Notes under the pieces: model-generated
Database searches by the model: none
What the model was told of the DNA's origin: nothing
Seen by the model: the letters and a program-made list of their open reading frames with translations, nothing else
Shown: in pieces, positions 49,113-58,696 of the stretch
How the letters are laid out: each line of letters begins with the position of its first letter
How positions within the stretch are numbered: the stretch's first letter is position 1
Translations under genes and position numbers: made by a program
From: a virus
Taxonomy: Duplodnaviria; Caudoviricetes
DNA length: 64,000 nucleotides
Virus record (IMG/VR): IMGVR_UViG_3300043466_003828
Span: 1,036 to 65,035 of that record
Strand: one strand, 5' to 3'

Positions 49113-49382
49113 ATGGTCTTAAAAGATATTGTAAGGGAAGTCTCAGGGTCTATCATGTCCCTATGCTGCTTAATAGGTTCAATGCCTCAGATTTATAAAA
49201 TCCTTAAGACAAAGCATTCAGCTGACCTTGCGCCAGCTTCTATTCTTATTTCTTTTACTTGTGCTGTGTCAGGTATGGTCTATATATTGACTGGCACATA
49301 CTCTTTTTGGTTGTTTTTAAATTGTATAAATGGTGTAATATTATCAACAATCTTATTTTTCTGTTGGTACAAATACAAATAA
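49113..49382 (+). CDS. SemiSWEET/PQ-loop family small transporter
   Basis: 89 aa with three hydrophobic helices. MPQIYKILKTKHSADL PQ-loop signature and Asn in TM3. Confidence 0.75.
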   Translation: MVLKDIVREVSGSIMSLCCLIGSMPQIYKILKTKHSADLAPASILISFTCAVSGMVYILTGTYSFWLFLNCINGVILSTILFFCWYKYK

Positions 49383-49390
49383 ATAATAGT

Positions 49391-49594
49391 ATGCAACATA
49401 ATGATATCCATGTTATTGGCCATGCTGCTATAGGCCTATTAGCATTTGGAATGCTTATGTTCTTCTGGATGATCTTGAAAGGAGTTAAGAAGGTAAAGAA
49501 GAAAGGTAGAAAAGCAGTGAAAAGAACTACTAGATTCGATTTATATCTGGAGGAACTAGAAAATTTTAAGAAAAACTGGTTTTATGATATTTAA
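49391..49594 (+). CDS. Small membrane protein with basic tail
   Basis: ATG 49391, one transmembrane segment, then a K-rich segment. Confidence 0.55.
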   Translation: MQHNDIHVIGHAAIGLLAFGMLMFFWMILKGVKKVKKKGRKAVKRTTRFDLYLEELENFKKNWFYDI

Positions 49595-49874
49595 AAATAA
49601 ATTTATATACAAACTTATAATAATACTGTCTTTAGTGACACTTGGAACTTTAAGTGGCTATGAAAAGCCAGAATTTAAACTGATTGATTATCTTGATTCT
49701 TTCCATAATAGTGGAGATGTTATAGAGGACATGAATAGGTTGCAATCCAAGTATCATCTCAGGGTATCCAAGAAGAGAGATTGGCAATTAGGTGGAATTA
49801 TTATTAGAGACTTTAAGTTTCATGGGGGCAATCAACCTATTGTTACTCAGACTGGATTAATGTTTGCATTTTAA
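49584..49874 (+). CDS. Hypothetical protein with N-terminal hydrophobic segment
   Basis: 96 aa. Confidence 0.5.
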   Translation: MIFKNKFIYKLIIILSLVTLGTLSGYEKPEFKLIDYLDSFHNSGDVIEDMNRLQSKYHLRVSKKRDWQLGGIIIRDFKFHGGNQPIVTQTGLMFAF

Positions 49875-49911
49875 TCTTGACAGGTTTACCATATATTTAT
49901 ACCATATTGGT

Positions 49912-50307
49912 ATGTACAATTGGTTTAACTATTCTAGAGTGAAGAAGCAACTTGAGAGTCAACTGGCTGAAAATGCGGCTCTTAGAGAAGAAAATAAAAA
50001 TCTAGAAGATATCCTCAAGTCTATTGAGCAGGATGGAACAGAAGAGCATAATAATGCAATAAAGCTTAGGCAGGAGAATGCAAAGCTTAAGGATGAGATT
50101 GCTAAGTGGGAAAAGTCTTGGGAAGAAGCAGCATCTGATTTAGCTTTGAGAGTAATAAAGCTCGAAAAACAAATAGAAGAGCTTAAAATTGTAAATATAA
50201 CTAATCCATATAGTGCTATGAAACCTGATGGTACACTTAAAGCTATTAATTGTGTAGGACATATACCTACAAATGGGTATGTGCCATCAAATCAAGATGC
50301 ATTTTAA
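49912..50307 (+). CDS. Coiled-coil hypothetical protein
   Basis: Start reassigned to ATG 49912 after TTGACA-17-TACCAT-6. Heptad repeats. Confidence 0.65.
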   Translation: MYNWFNYSRVKKQLESQLAENAALREENKNLEDILKSIEQDGTEEHNNAIKLRQENAKLKDEIAKWEKSWEEAASDLALRVIKLEKQIEELKIVNITNPYSAMKPDGTLKAINCVGHIPTNGYVPSNQDAF

Positions 50308-50313
50308 AATATT

Positions 50314-50544
50314 ATGCCTAAAGCCACAATACAATATAATCTCCCAGAGGAGCAAAGTGAATTTGATCTAGCAAATAATGCTTCGAAGTATTATTCTGTT
50401 CTATGGGACTTGGATCAATATCTTAGAAACTTTGTCAAGTATCCATCTGATAGAGAAGATCCAATTCTTACTGATACTATGGCTAAGGTAAGAGGTGAGC
50501 TTTGGAGACTCATGAATGAACACAACCTAAATTTAGACCAATGA
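50314..50544 (+). CDS. Hypothetical phage protein
   Basis: MPKATIQYNLPEEQSEF..LWDLDQYLR, a common phage pattern. Confidence 0.7.
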   Translation: MPKATIQYNLPEEQSEFDLANNASKYYSVLWDLDQYLRNFVKYPSDREDPILTDTMAKVRGELWRLMNEHNLNLDQ

Positions 50545-50750
50545 AACCAGAATGGGAATTTAGAAATGATAGTGAAGGTAATCTTGACGAGATTGTTGCA
50601 GAAGATGTCCAGTTCTTCCATCTAGAAAGAATGGATAATGGCCATTGGTGGCTTGGCGTAACTCTTCAAGATGGTTCTAGGATTTCGGCCAATCTTATTT
50701 CAGATCTTAATAAAAGAATTAATTGTGTAGCACATAAAGAAGAACCTTAA
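50541..50750 (+). CDS. Hypothetical protein
   Basis: 69 aa. LDEIVA..HLERMD..WWLG. Confidence 0.6.
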   Translation: MKPEWEFRNDSEGNLDEIVAEDVQFFHLERMDNGHWWLGVTLQDGSRISANLISDLNKRINCVAHKEEP

Positions 50751-50760
50751 AATGTTTGAA

Positions 50761-50803
50761 AATTGACACCTCCTCCTAAAAGATATAGAATAAGATTATG
50801 AAT
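50761..50803 (+). promoter_or_regulatory. Leaderless promoter repeat, copy 2
   Basis: 41 of 43 bp identical to 44164-44206. Confidence 0.8.
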
Positions 50804-51148
50804 AAAGAACTTTTTGAAGAAATTATCCTAAAGCTTCAGCTAATGCATGAAAAGGGTCGAAAGCTCTATGAACTTGGAATTGATCTGCTGGAATATACAG
50901 AATCATATGAAAGGATTATTGATGTCCTTTTGAAAGCTCATTTCAATGATGATCAGATTGGATGGATTGATTGGTATCTTTATGAAAGACCATCTTTGAC
51001 AGAGAGAGGAAAGTCAAACAAAGCTTATAAGACAGTTGGGAAGAAGAAAGTAGAAATCTGTCACACTATTGATTCTTTGTGGGAGACTATTCAGGAATAT
51101 ACCCCTCAAGCAGAATGGGATAAAAGGTGGCCGGGTAGAAACAAATGA
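50798..51148 (+). CDS. Hypothetical protein
   Basis: 116 aa, WIDWYLYE. Confidence 0.65.
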   Translation: MNKELFEEIILKLQLMHEKGRKLYELGIDLLEYTESYERIIDVLLKAHFNDDQIGWIDWYLYERPSLTERGKSNKAYKTVGKKKVEICHTIDSLWETIQEYTPQAEWDKRWPGRNK

Positions 51149-51264
51149 TTAAAGCTTTAACAACTTGTATAATCCTAGTATGCTTTTGTATACTTGAAGG
51201 TTGGTTTACATCTAATCTTATAAAGGTTCTTGCTTATAACGAAGTTATTCTAAATGACAATTAA
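51145..51264 (+). CDS. Small hydrophobic peptide (39 aa, not in ORF track)
   Basis: ATGA-coupled and fills the gap. Confidence 0.4.
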   Translation: MIKALTTCIILVCFCILEGWFTSNLIKVLAYNEVILNDN

Positions 51265-51808
51265 ACCTACAGTAATTTGGTTAACAGGCCTATCTGGTTC
51301 TGGAAAGACTTCCATTGCCGAGGCCCTTAACAATAAGCTTAAAGCGAATGGAATTAGATCAGGAGTAGCAGATAGTGATACTCTAAGACTTGATACTAAA
51401 ACACTTGTTGGGTTTGATATAGAAGGCAGATGGGTAGCTGTTAATAGAATGATCTATGCTGTTAAGAATATGATTGAATTCCAAAAGGCAGAAGTTGTTA
51501 TTGTTGCTAGTATTTCTCCTCTTATAGAGATGAGAAAACAAGCTAGGCATATTCTTACAAATTATTCAAACGCTAATTTTATTGAAGTATTCGTTGATAC
51601 GTCTATTGAGATTTGTGAACAAAGAGATGTTAAAGGTCTCTATAAAAAATTTCGAGATGGTCTGATTAAAAATATGTCTGGAATTGATTCTCCATATGAA
51701 GCAGATGCAAATGTAGAAGTTTGGCTTCCATATAAAAATCCATATACTGGAGAATTGACAGTTGACAACGCCGTAAAGATTATTTACAATGCTATTTATC
51801 AATTATGA
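51254..51808 (+). CDS. cysC: Adenylyl-sulfate (APS) kinase
   Basis: IWLTGLSGSGKTSIA, ASISP, EVFVDT..ICEQRDVKGLY, GIDSPYE. Confidence 0.9.
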   Translation: MTIKPTVIWLTGLSGSGKTSIAEALNNKLKANGIRSGVADSDTLRLDTKTLVGFDIEGRWVAVNRMIYAVKNMIEFQKAEVVIVASISPLIEMRKQARHILTNYSNANFIEVFVDTSIEICEQRDVKGLYKKFRDGLIKNMSGIDSPYEADANVEVWLPYKNPYTGELTVDNAVKIIYNAIYQL

Positions 51809-52179
51809 TAAAGAAAGTATTACAACCAACTAACGACGCTTTCGTTCAGTTTACCGAAGAAGAACTTGAGTCTATTGGCGCAGGACCGGGCACAAAGTTT
51901 AGTGTTAAACTTCATGATGATGGGTCTGTTGAGCTTCGACCTTATGTAAAAATGGAAGTTGACATTGAGAACTGGTCTAGAGAAGTCCTTGAACTAATAA
52001 TTAAAGAATCATGCGAACGAGATGTTTCAGTGAATGATGTTATTATTGATTTTATAAAAGAATCAATTAATAAAGAAGATATTAGTGCAGAAAACAAGGA
52101 AATTTTTGAGGGCAATTTACAGGCCGCATCGTTGGATCCAAATTTCACAAATCAAGACACCAGCGTTGTTAAATATTAA
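51805..52179 (+). CDS. AbrB/MazE-like DNA-binding domain protein
   Basis: FVQFTEEELESIGAGPGTKF...DGSVELRP. Confidence 0.6.
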   Translation: MIKKVLQPTNDAFVQFTEEELESIGAGPGTKFSVKLHDDGSVELRPYVKMEVDIENWSREVLELIIKESCERDVSVNDVIIDFIKESINKEDISAENKEIFEGNLQAASLDPNFTNQDTSVVKY

Positions 52180-52194
52180 TTATTAAATAATTTT

Positions 52195-52785
52195 GTGAAC
52201 GACAAGCTAAGGAAAGAAACGGTTTTAGTATTGAACCGCAATTGGCAAGCTATTCATGTTAAAAGCCCTACCGAGGCGATTACAATGATGTACGCTGAAA
52301 ACGCCACTGGTCTTGACATAAGAGGAGAAGACAATATGGTTCCATTAAAATGGGCGGATTGGATTCAATTACCCATTGAAAACGAAACGGACGACTATAT
52401 TCAAAGTATTCGTGGCAATATTAAAATACCAAAGGTAATTGTTCTTTGTCATTATAATTTAGTTCCTAGAAAGCGGCCAAAATTTTCCGCTAAAGCCATA
52501 TGGGAAAGAGACATGGGAACTTGCCAGTATACTGGGCAAAAGTTAATCCCAAATGATGCAAATATTGACCATGTAATTCCAAAATCTCGTGGCGGAAAAA
52601 CCGATTGGTCTAACTGTGTACTCACGCATAAAGATATTAATGCAAAAAAAGCAGACAGGACGCCAGAAGAAGCTGGGCTACGCTTGATCAAGCGGCCACA
52701 AGATCCTAAAGAATTACCCTCTACTTTTTATATTAAAAATAAACACAAGGTTAAAGAATGGGAACTATTCTTAAATTGGAATTGA
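52195..52785 (+). CDS. HNH endonuclease
   Basis: VLVLN, IWERD..CQYTG, IDHVIPKSRGG..WSNCV...NAKKADRTPEEAG. Confidence 0.9.
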   Translation: MNDKLRKETVLVLNRNWQAIHVKSPTEAITMMYAENATGLDIRGEDNMVPLKWADWIQLPIENETDDYIQSIRGNIKIPKVIVLCHYNLVPRKRPKFSAKAIWERDMGTCQYTGQKLIPNDANIDHVIPKSRGGKTDWSNCVLTHKDINAKKADRTPEEAGLRLIKRPQDPKELPSTFYIKNKHKVKEWELFLNWN

Positions 52786-52816
52786 CATACAATACATATA
52801 CTGTTATCATATATTT

Positions 52817-53566
52817 ATGAATGCGAAAATTATTAAAACCCTAACTAAAAGATTAGAGGGCTCAAAAATCTTACCCTATATAAAGGTTAATAGTGTGGAT
52901 GATTATTTTAATTTGCCAAGTTCAGAACGCGAAAGGTGGGGTCTTTATAGACGGCCATTTGCATTGCCATGTGAATGGCTAGAAACTCGAATGGGCAAAA
53001 AGAGCGGCGACCTAAAGCCAGAGAAGAGGGGCTGGGCTTCTTGGCGTGAACAAATTAAGCGCGAATATCCTGTTCAGTGGTTCCTACGTGAATGGTGTTT
53101 TAGTTACGAAAATCCAATCTATGCCTTTATTAAAGGCGTATACTTTGATTATACGGAAAAGAAATATGCAATAAAGCGTTTTATTAAACCTTTTTATCCA
53201 CGCTTTCGCAAGTCAATGCCACGGCATAAATATATTGATGTATGCGAAGCTCTGAAGAGAGTCAATTTTGCACTTATTTTAGATTTTTGGCACGATGAAA
53301 TGAGTAGTGGAACTGTTGACTGGGAAGATAACGCCCAGCATAAAAATTTCTATAAGCGGGTAGAGGCACTAGTTAAATATATTGAAGTTGAACGTCCTGC
53401 ACTAGAAAAGAAGGCCGACGACGCGCTCACGTTAGCGACCAATAAAAAGACTGGAACATATGAACAACGTTATTCAAAATACAATGCAATAGAAGCAAAG
53501 ATTGCACAAAAAGATACGGATCTTTTAGTATGGGCTATGCAAAATCGTGAGATGTTTTGGACGTAA
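52817..53566 (+). CDS. Hypothetical protein
   Basis: 249 aa after TTGACA-17-TATCAT-6-ATG. Confidence 0.7.
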   Translation: MNAKIIKTLTKRLEGSKILPYIKVNSVDDYFNLPSSERERWGLYRRPFALPCEWLETRMGKKSGDLKPEKRGWASWREQIKREYPVQWFLREWCFSYENPIYAFIKGVYFDYTEKKYAIKRFIKPFYPRFRKSMPRHKYIDVCEALKRVNFALILDFWHDEMSSGTVDWEDNAQHKNFYKRVEALVKYIEVERPALEKKADDALTLATNKKTGTYEQRYSKYNAIEAKIAQKDTDLLVWAMQNREMFWT

Positions 53567-53570
53567 TACC

Positions 53571-54584
53571 ATGAGTAATGTTCTATTAATAGAAAGTTGC
53601 GAAAAAAAGACTATAGAAGAAAACTTTTCTAATACTTCCATAGTACATGTAAGAAATTCGCTAATCTTGAAGAAAGAACTTGGCTATGAGCTAGTTACAC
53701 ATATGTCACAAATTCCCAATGCCCTAGAGAAACAATGGGATCATATCGTTTGTTGCTATGCCTCCCCTTATATGAAATATAAAGCATACATGGATATTAT
53801 TGATAATAATCCTAATGCAAAACTGTGGTTTCTAGTAAATGATTACGATTTAGAGGATAATGTATTATTGCGAAATGTGGTAAAGAAATACCATAAAAAG
53901 TATAATGTTATTTGTAATACCGAAAGATCTGGATACCGCCATTGGATTTTGGGCAAGAAGCTTGAAGAAAAAAAGTTGAATGATTGGATTGATGAGTGGC
54001 ACGTTGCAAATTTAAATTGTTTAATTTTTAATTATAAAAACAATATCGAACAGCCTTTAGCAAATAAAAGTAATTGTATATATTTTGGAACGCCTAGAAA
54101 GCATAGGTATAAGGACATGGTGGCCTTTAATGGCATCGAAGATTACTACATATCCTCTTCGGCAAAAAACCAGCTAAAATACACAAACGCCGGGATTGAG
54201 GCTCAGTATATAGATAAACTCGACTGGACTACTGGCAATGAAACCTTGAATGAATATAAATACTCAATATATTTTGAAGACGTTCATACGCATAATGTAT
54301 ATTCCGGATTAGCGAATAGGTTCTACGAATGCCTAATGTGTGATGTGGTTTTGTTTTTTGACGCTAAATGCGAAAAAACAGTTCAGAAAGCAAGAGATCA
54401 CGGCTATAAAATTAGCGATTTTCTACTAGTCAAAGATGCCAAAGATTTAAATTCTAAAATGCAATTAATGAATAAAAATCACGAGATGTATTTAGAAGTA
54501 CTCGGCGCGCAAAGAGAGAATATAGACGTTGCCCTAGTAGATAGGAACATCTGTTTGGATAAAATTAATACTATTCTTTCCTAA
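53571..54584 (+). CDS. T4 beta-glucosyltransferase-like GT-B enzyme (putative DNA glycosyltransferase)
   Basis: KLWFLVND, CIYFGTPR..HR, IYFED, ANRFYECLMCDVVLFFD and LLVKDAKDL parallel recalled T4 BGT motifs in order. ATG 53571. Confidence 0.6.
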   Translation: MSNVLLIESCEKKTIEENFSNTSIVHVRNSLILKKELGYELVTHMSQIPNALEKQWDHIVCCYASPYMKYKAYMDIIDNNPNAKLWFLVNDYDLEDNVLLRNVVKKYHKKYNVICNTERSGYRHWILGKKLEEKKLNDWIDEWHVANLNCLIFNYKNNIEQPLANKSNCIYFGTPRKHRYKDMVAFNGIEDYYISSSAKNQLKYTNAGIEAQYIDKLDWTTGNETLNEYKYSIYFEDVHTHNVYSGLANRFYECLMCDVVLFFDAKCEKTVQKARDHGYKISDFLLVKDAKDLNSKMQLMNKNHEMYLEVLGAQRENIDVALVDRNICLDKINTILS

Positions 54585-54591
54585 AGCGTGT

Positions 54592-54831
54592 TTAGTATAA
54601 CTTGTTTTTAATAAAATTTACTGCTTCAATAAAATTAATAATTTTAGAATCGGAAATGCGATTTTCATTAATCTTATTTACTAAAGTAATATCACCTAGT
54701 GGATCTAAATAAAAACTTAAATGAAATGCATTTTCTGAAAAGTTAATTGTAATTTCTTGTTTTTTAAATAAATTTGTACCAATTTCCTCGAACCCTAGTG
54801 ATATTATATAATTATAAATAATTTCGTTCAT
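54592..54831 (-). CDS. Hypothetical protein
   Basis: 79 aa at the end of the minus-strand operon. Confidence 0.45.
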   Translation of the reverse strand: MNEIIYNYIISLGFEEIGTNLFKKQEITINFSENAFHLSFYLDPLGDITLVNKINENRISDSKIINFIEAVNFIKNKLY

Positions 54832-54839
54832 AAACTTGA

Positions 54840-57800
54840 TTACACTCCAAATCCTTTAAAATTCTTATCTAAATTTCCGCTATAATCCATTGCGGCAGTT
54901 GAGCATCTAAAATCTGGATGACGAAGATTTGAAAATAGTCCATGAAAATAAATTCGGTCGTTATTAAACGAGGCGTCGTAAACAAACATATTTGCAGAAC
55001 TTGATGATGTACCAAGCTCTTGATTATTCTGGAATGCAAATGTTTGGTTATCTATCACAAAATCATAATTAGTAAGATTATTTCCAGTTATTTTATCTTT
55101 TAAAGTAATAAAAGAATTTTGTGGAGAGGGCGAATTCATATGCCTATATTCCAACATGTCACCAAACTCCCCCACAGTTATTAACTCATCTCCATATGTC
55201 TTTATGTCCCATATTTGACCGGGGAACTGGTCTCCAAAACCAAATGGTGGACGTTCTCTAAATACGCTATTTGGGCCAGCCCCCCCATAATTTCTAATTA
55301 TATTACCACTTGTTAAACCTACTAAAAATACGCCTCTAGGACTATTACTATCTCCAGAACCTCCTACTGATACAAGGTCTCCTCCTACAAATAAACCACT
55401 TGGATGAAGATGTAAAGCTGTAATTCCGTCAGTACCAAGAACATTTCTAGTATTATACCAATAAGAAGTATTTACAGTATATCCAGAGAAAGGTCTGAAT
55501 GTTGTTAAGTGTGCAGCTGTATTTGTATCAAATGCAGCTACTCCTACATATGCACTAACTGGCGCCGCTCCAAATTGTGATGTTGTTCCAGCTGTGTATA
55601 TAGTATTTCCAGTAATAGCCATTTTTCTTAACACTCCATTAAGAATGCTTGGATTATATGACTCTAAAGCACCGCCAGAAGCCGCCGAAACGTCAAATCT
55701 GCAAATTCTGTTTCTACTCAAACCACTTACCGTAGTGAAGTCACCACAAGCAAACATCTTATTACCACTAAACTGTAAATCCCAAACATCAGCATTCATA
55801 TTTGGGTTCCAGCTATCTAACGTATTATCATTAAGATTAATTCTAGCAATTCTATTCCTTGCTGTTCCAAGTACAGATGTAAATGTTCCGCCAATATAAA
55901 GAAAATTATCTCTTCTTTTTATTGCAAAAACACTATTATTAACATTATAATCAATCCCTGAAATTCTCTGGTTATTTAAATCAAACCATGCCACTCTATT
56001 TCTTGTAACTGTTGACTCATTACTTGTTGTCGGAGACATATTTTGAACAAGTGTAAATTGTCCACCGATATACATAAATCCAGATTCCAAGAAACTAGAC
56101 AATATACCGCCATTCCGAGTACAACGTGGCGCTCCATTATTAATATTACCAGTAATAAGATTTCCAGAATCTAAGTTATAAGCAAGTTGATTTGCATAAG
56201 GCCTAAAATTTTCATTTCCAACTGATATACCCAAACTATTAAATGTTCCGTTGATATATGCATTATTATTATATATTTCTATAGTTCTACCAGCGCCTAC
56301 CTGATTAAGCATTAAACTCAAAACAGGGGTATCTAAAAGAGTGCCACTTTGAATACTGAACATCGCCATGCCGCCCCTTCTTTCTCCAGCATGCGCAAAA
56401 CTTCCACAAACTAAAACTCCAGATGGGGTTACCCTGATATTTGTAGGTTCTCTAGGTAATTTTGGATCCCATGCTAATAATCCAGTGTTATTTAAATTAA
56501 TTGCCGCGCCGAAGTTTCTTTCTTGACCCAAGACTCTTCTAAATGCCCCACCTATATACAATGTATTAGTACTTGTATCAATATCCATTGCCTTAACTTC
56601 ACGATCAAGGTTTAAATTAAAATTTGTAATTGCATTATTTTGCAAGTCTAAACAGAATAATCCATTTCTAATCAAACCGCTTACTGTACCAAAAGTGCCA
56701 CCAACATAGAGTCTGTCATTCTGTCTGCGCATGCACGAAATAACGGAATTAGAACTTGGCCCGGTTTTATTAGAATTAAAGCCAAAATTTTGAACTATTT
56801 CAAAATTTGTTCCATATCTCACTTGATTAGTATTTATATCAATACCAGCAAAAGACCTAATTCTATTTGGAACCGAACCAGAAACAAAATTTCCACCCAT
56901 AAATAGAACATTACCGCTTTTTTCTAAACATAAAATGTCGGTGTTAACGCCAAGATCAACATTGAAATTTGTAGTTAACCCACCAGTTCTCAAGTCTACA
57001 ATCGCCACAGAATTTCTAATACCCGTAGTAAGTGTTGGCGAGTTTAGGCTATTGAATCTACCACCAATTGCCAAAGTATTATCTCCAGTATCTAAGTGCA
57101 TAGACCAAATCCCCTGCGCAAGATTATTTGACGAATAATTACTTGTTGGCGCGCTAACCATTTGAATATTTGGATTCCAGTCTAGAATTCTATTTGTATT
57201 CAGATCTACAGCAAAAGCATTATTTCTTTTTATTTTTTCAATAAATCCACCATGACTTCTTCCAAAAATTAGCATGTTATTACCACGTTTTTGATAAGAA
57301 TCAAATAAAAATCCATTACTTCCATGATAGTAACTATTACCACCACAACCTTGACTTAATCCAGTGTGTATTGTCAGACCACTCACATTGTCTATAATGT
57401 AAGGTGGATTTACAGGATTATGATCATTTGCTATTAATGTTGGATTTGATGTTGAGTTATTAACTCTATATGTCCAAAGTCTGGACTGGTCAACCCTCAA
57501 ATCCACAATAACCTTATTTCCAAACTCATTTACATATCCGCACAACACCTGAGGTAAAATGGAATTTGGCCTGAATCCAGTCATTATTATTCCATTTTCA
57601 TAACCAACTCTACATAAAAATTGGTAATTGCCACCAGTTCCGCCTACGTTTGTAAAATCTCCACCAATGTAAAGGCCGCTTACACCGGTATTCATTGATC
57701 TAACAATTCCATTTAAGTTAGGATTAAATGGTAATAAAGTCATATCCGGAAATGTAACTGCGGCAATTCTATTCCTAGTAACCCCACCAACTGTGGTAAA

Positions 57801-58694
57801 AGTTCCATTAAAGTAAATTTTATTACCAGAACGTATCATGCTATAAATTTCACCATTTGGGCCAGCCGCAGAAGTAAATCCAGTAATTGCTGTACCGCTA
57901 ACATAATCTAAACAAACTATGCGGTTCCAACTCCCACCCGCCGCTGTTGTGAAATTTCCACAAACCCAAACGCCAGTTCTATTAGGATAAAAATTTCCAG
58001 TATCTACAAAATAATCGTTAGAATTTGAATTAGTGCTCGTGCTATTTGAAAAATTTTGAAACCAAGTTCTATCTGGAATTAAAGACCATCTATAATTATT
58101 TGCTGGATTTACTTCTAAGTTCATTTTAACTATAGATTGAGGATACAAACCAAATCCATAGTTACCACCATTAATGACACTATTGCCATTAAATACTTGA
58201 ATATTATTTCCATTGTGTTGGAAAAGAATTCCAGAACCAACCCATTTTAGTAGTCTAGTTGCGTTACCGCCTCCCAAACTCATCCCCAGTCCCGTATTAA
58301 CACCAGAAGGGGTAATTTGTATAAAACCCTCTCTACCACCAAGCATATTTGCTGGGGAAGTAGATATGGATCCATCTGGACGACAAACTTGCGAAATATT
58401 ATTAAAATTTCTAAAATTGCCACAAAAATACTTATTTCCATATGGATCCACTTCATAACCTACCTTGGTATAACCAATGCTATCTCCATAAATTTTAGCA
58501 TCTACATTTGCAGGATATATATTTAAATTTGGATCTATCTCAGCGAAAGGAGAGTAAACTTGGCAAAGCGAGTTAAAATTGCCTCCAAAATATAAAACAT
58601 TACCACTAATAGCTGATGCCAAAACTGGCCCATTTGGATATAAAAAGTTTTTTTCGTTAGTATCCTTATCTAAATTTGAAAACGGGAAAAACAT
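54840..58694 (-). CDS. Large multi-beta-propeller virion surface/receptor-binding protein
   Basis: Many (L/M)Y(I/V)GG.F blades with RN.IA and W(N/D)P motifs. SG/TG-rich. Confidence 0.75.
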   Translation of the reverse strand: MFFPFSNLDKDTNEKNFLYPNGPVLASAISGNVLYFGGNFNSLCQVYSPFAEIDPNLNIYPANVDAKIYGDSIGYTKVGYEVDPYGNKYFCGNFRNFNNISQVCRPDGSISTSPANMLGGREGFIQITPSGVNTGLGMSLGGGNATRLLKWVGSGILFQHNGNNIQVFNGNSVINGGNYGFGLYPQSIVKMNLEVNPANNYRWSLIPDRTWFQNFSNSTSTNSNSNDYFVDTGNFYPNRTGVWVCGNFTTAAGGSWNRIVCLDYVSGTAITGFTSAAGPNGEIYSMIRSGNKIYFNGTFTTVGGVTRNRIAAVTFPDMTLLPFNPNLNGIVRSMNTGVSGLYIGGDFTNVGGTGGNYQFLCRVGYENGIIMTGFRPNSILPQVLCGYVNEFGNKVIVDLRVDQSRLWTYRVNNSTSNPTLIANDHNPVNPPYIIDNVSGLTIHTGLSQGCGGNSYYHGSNGFLFDSYQKRGNNMLIFGRSHGGFIEKIKRNNAFAVDLNTNRILDWNPNIQMVSAPTSNYSSNNLAQGIWSMHLDTGDNTLAIGGRFNSLNSPTLTTGIRNSVAIVDLRTGGLTTNFNVDLGVNTDILCLEKSGNVLFMGGNFVSGSVPNRIRSFAGIDINTNQVRYGTNFEIVQNFGFNSNKTGPSSNSVISCMRRQNDRLYVGGTFGTVSGLIRNGLFCLDLQNNAITNFNLNLDREVKAMDIDTSTNTLYIGGAFRRVLGQERNFGAAINLNNTGLLAWDPKLPREPTNIRVTPSGVLVCGSFAHAGERRGGMAMFSIQSGTLLDTPVLSLMLNQVGAGRTIEIYNNNAYINGTFNSLGISVGNENFRPYANQLAYNLDSGNLITGNINNGAPRCTRNGGILSSFLESGFMYIGGQFTLVQNMSPTTSNESTVTRNRVAWFDLNNQRISGIDYNVNNSVFAIKRRDNFLYIGGTFTSVLGTARNRIARINLNDNTLDSWNPNMNADVWDLQFSGNKMFACGDFTTVSGLSRNRICRFDVSAASGGALESYNPSILNGVLRKMAITGNTIYTAGTTSQFGAAPVSAYVGVAAFDTNTAAHLTTFRPFSGYTVNTSYWYNTRNVLGTDGITALHLHPSGLFVGGDLVSVGGSGDSNSPRGVFLVGLTSGNIIRNYGGAGPNSVFRERPPFGFGDQFPGQIWDIKTYGDELITVGEFGDMLEYRHMNSPSPQNSFITLKDKITGNNLTNYDFVIDNQTFAFQNNQELGTSSSSANMFVYDASFNNDRIYFHGLFSNLRHPDFRCSTAAMDYSGNLDKNFKGFGV

Positions 58695-58696
58695 AT

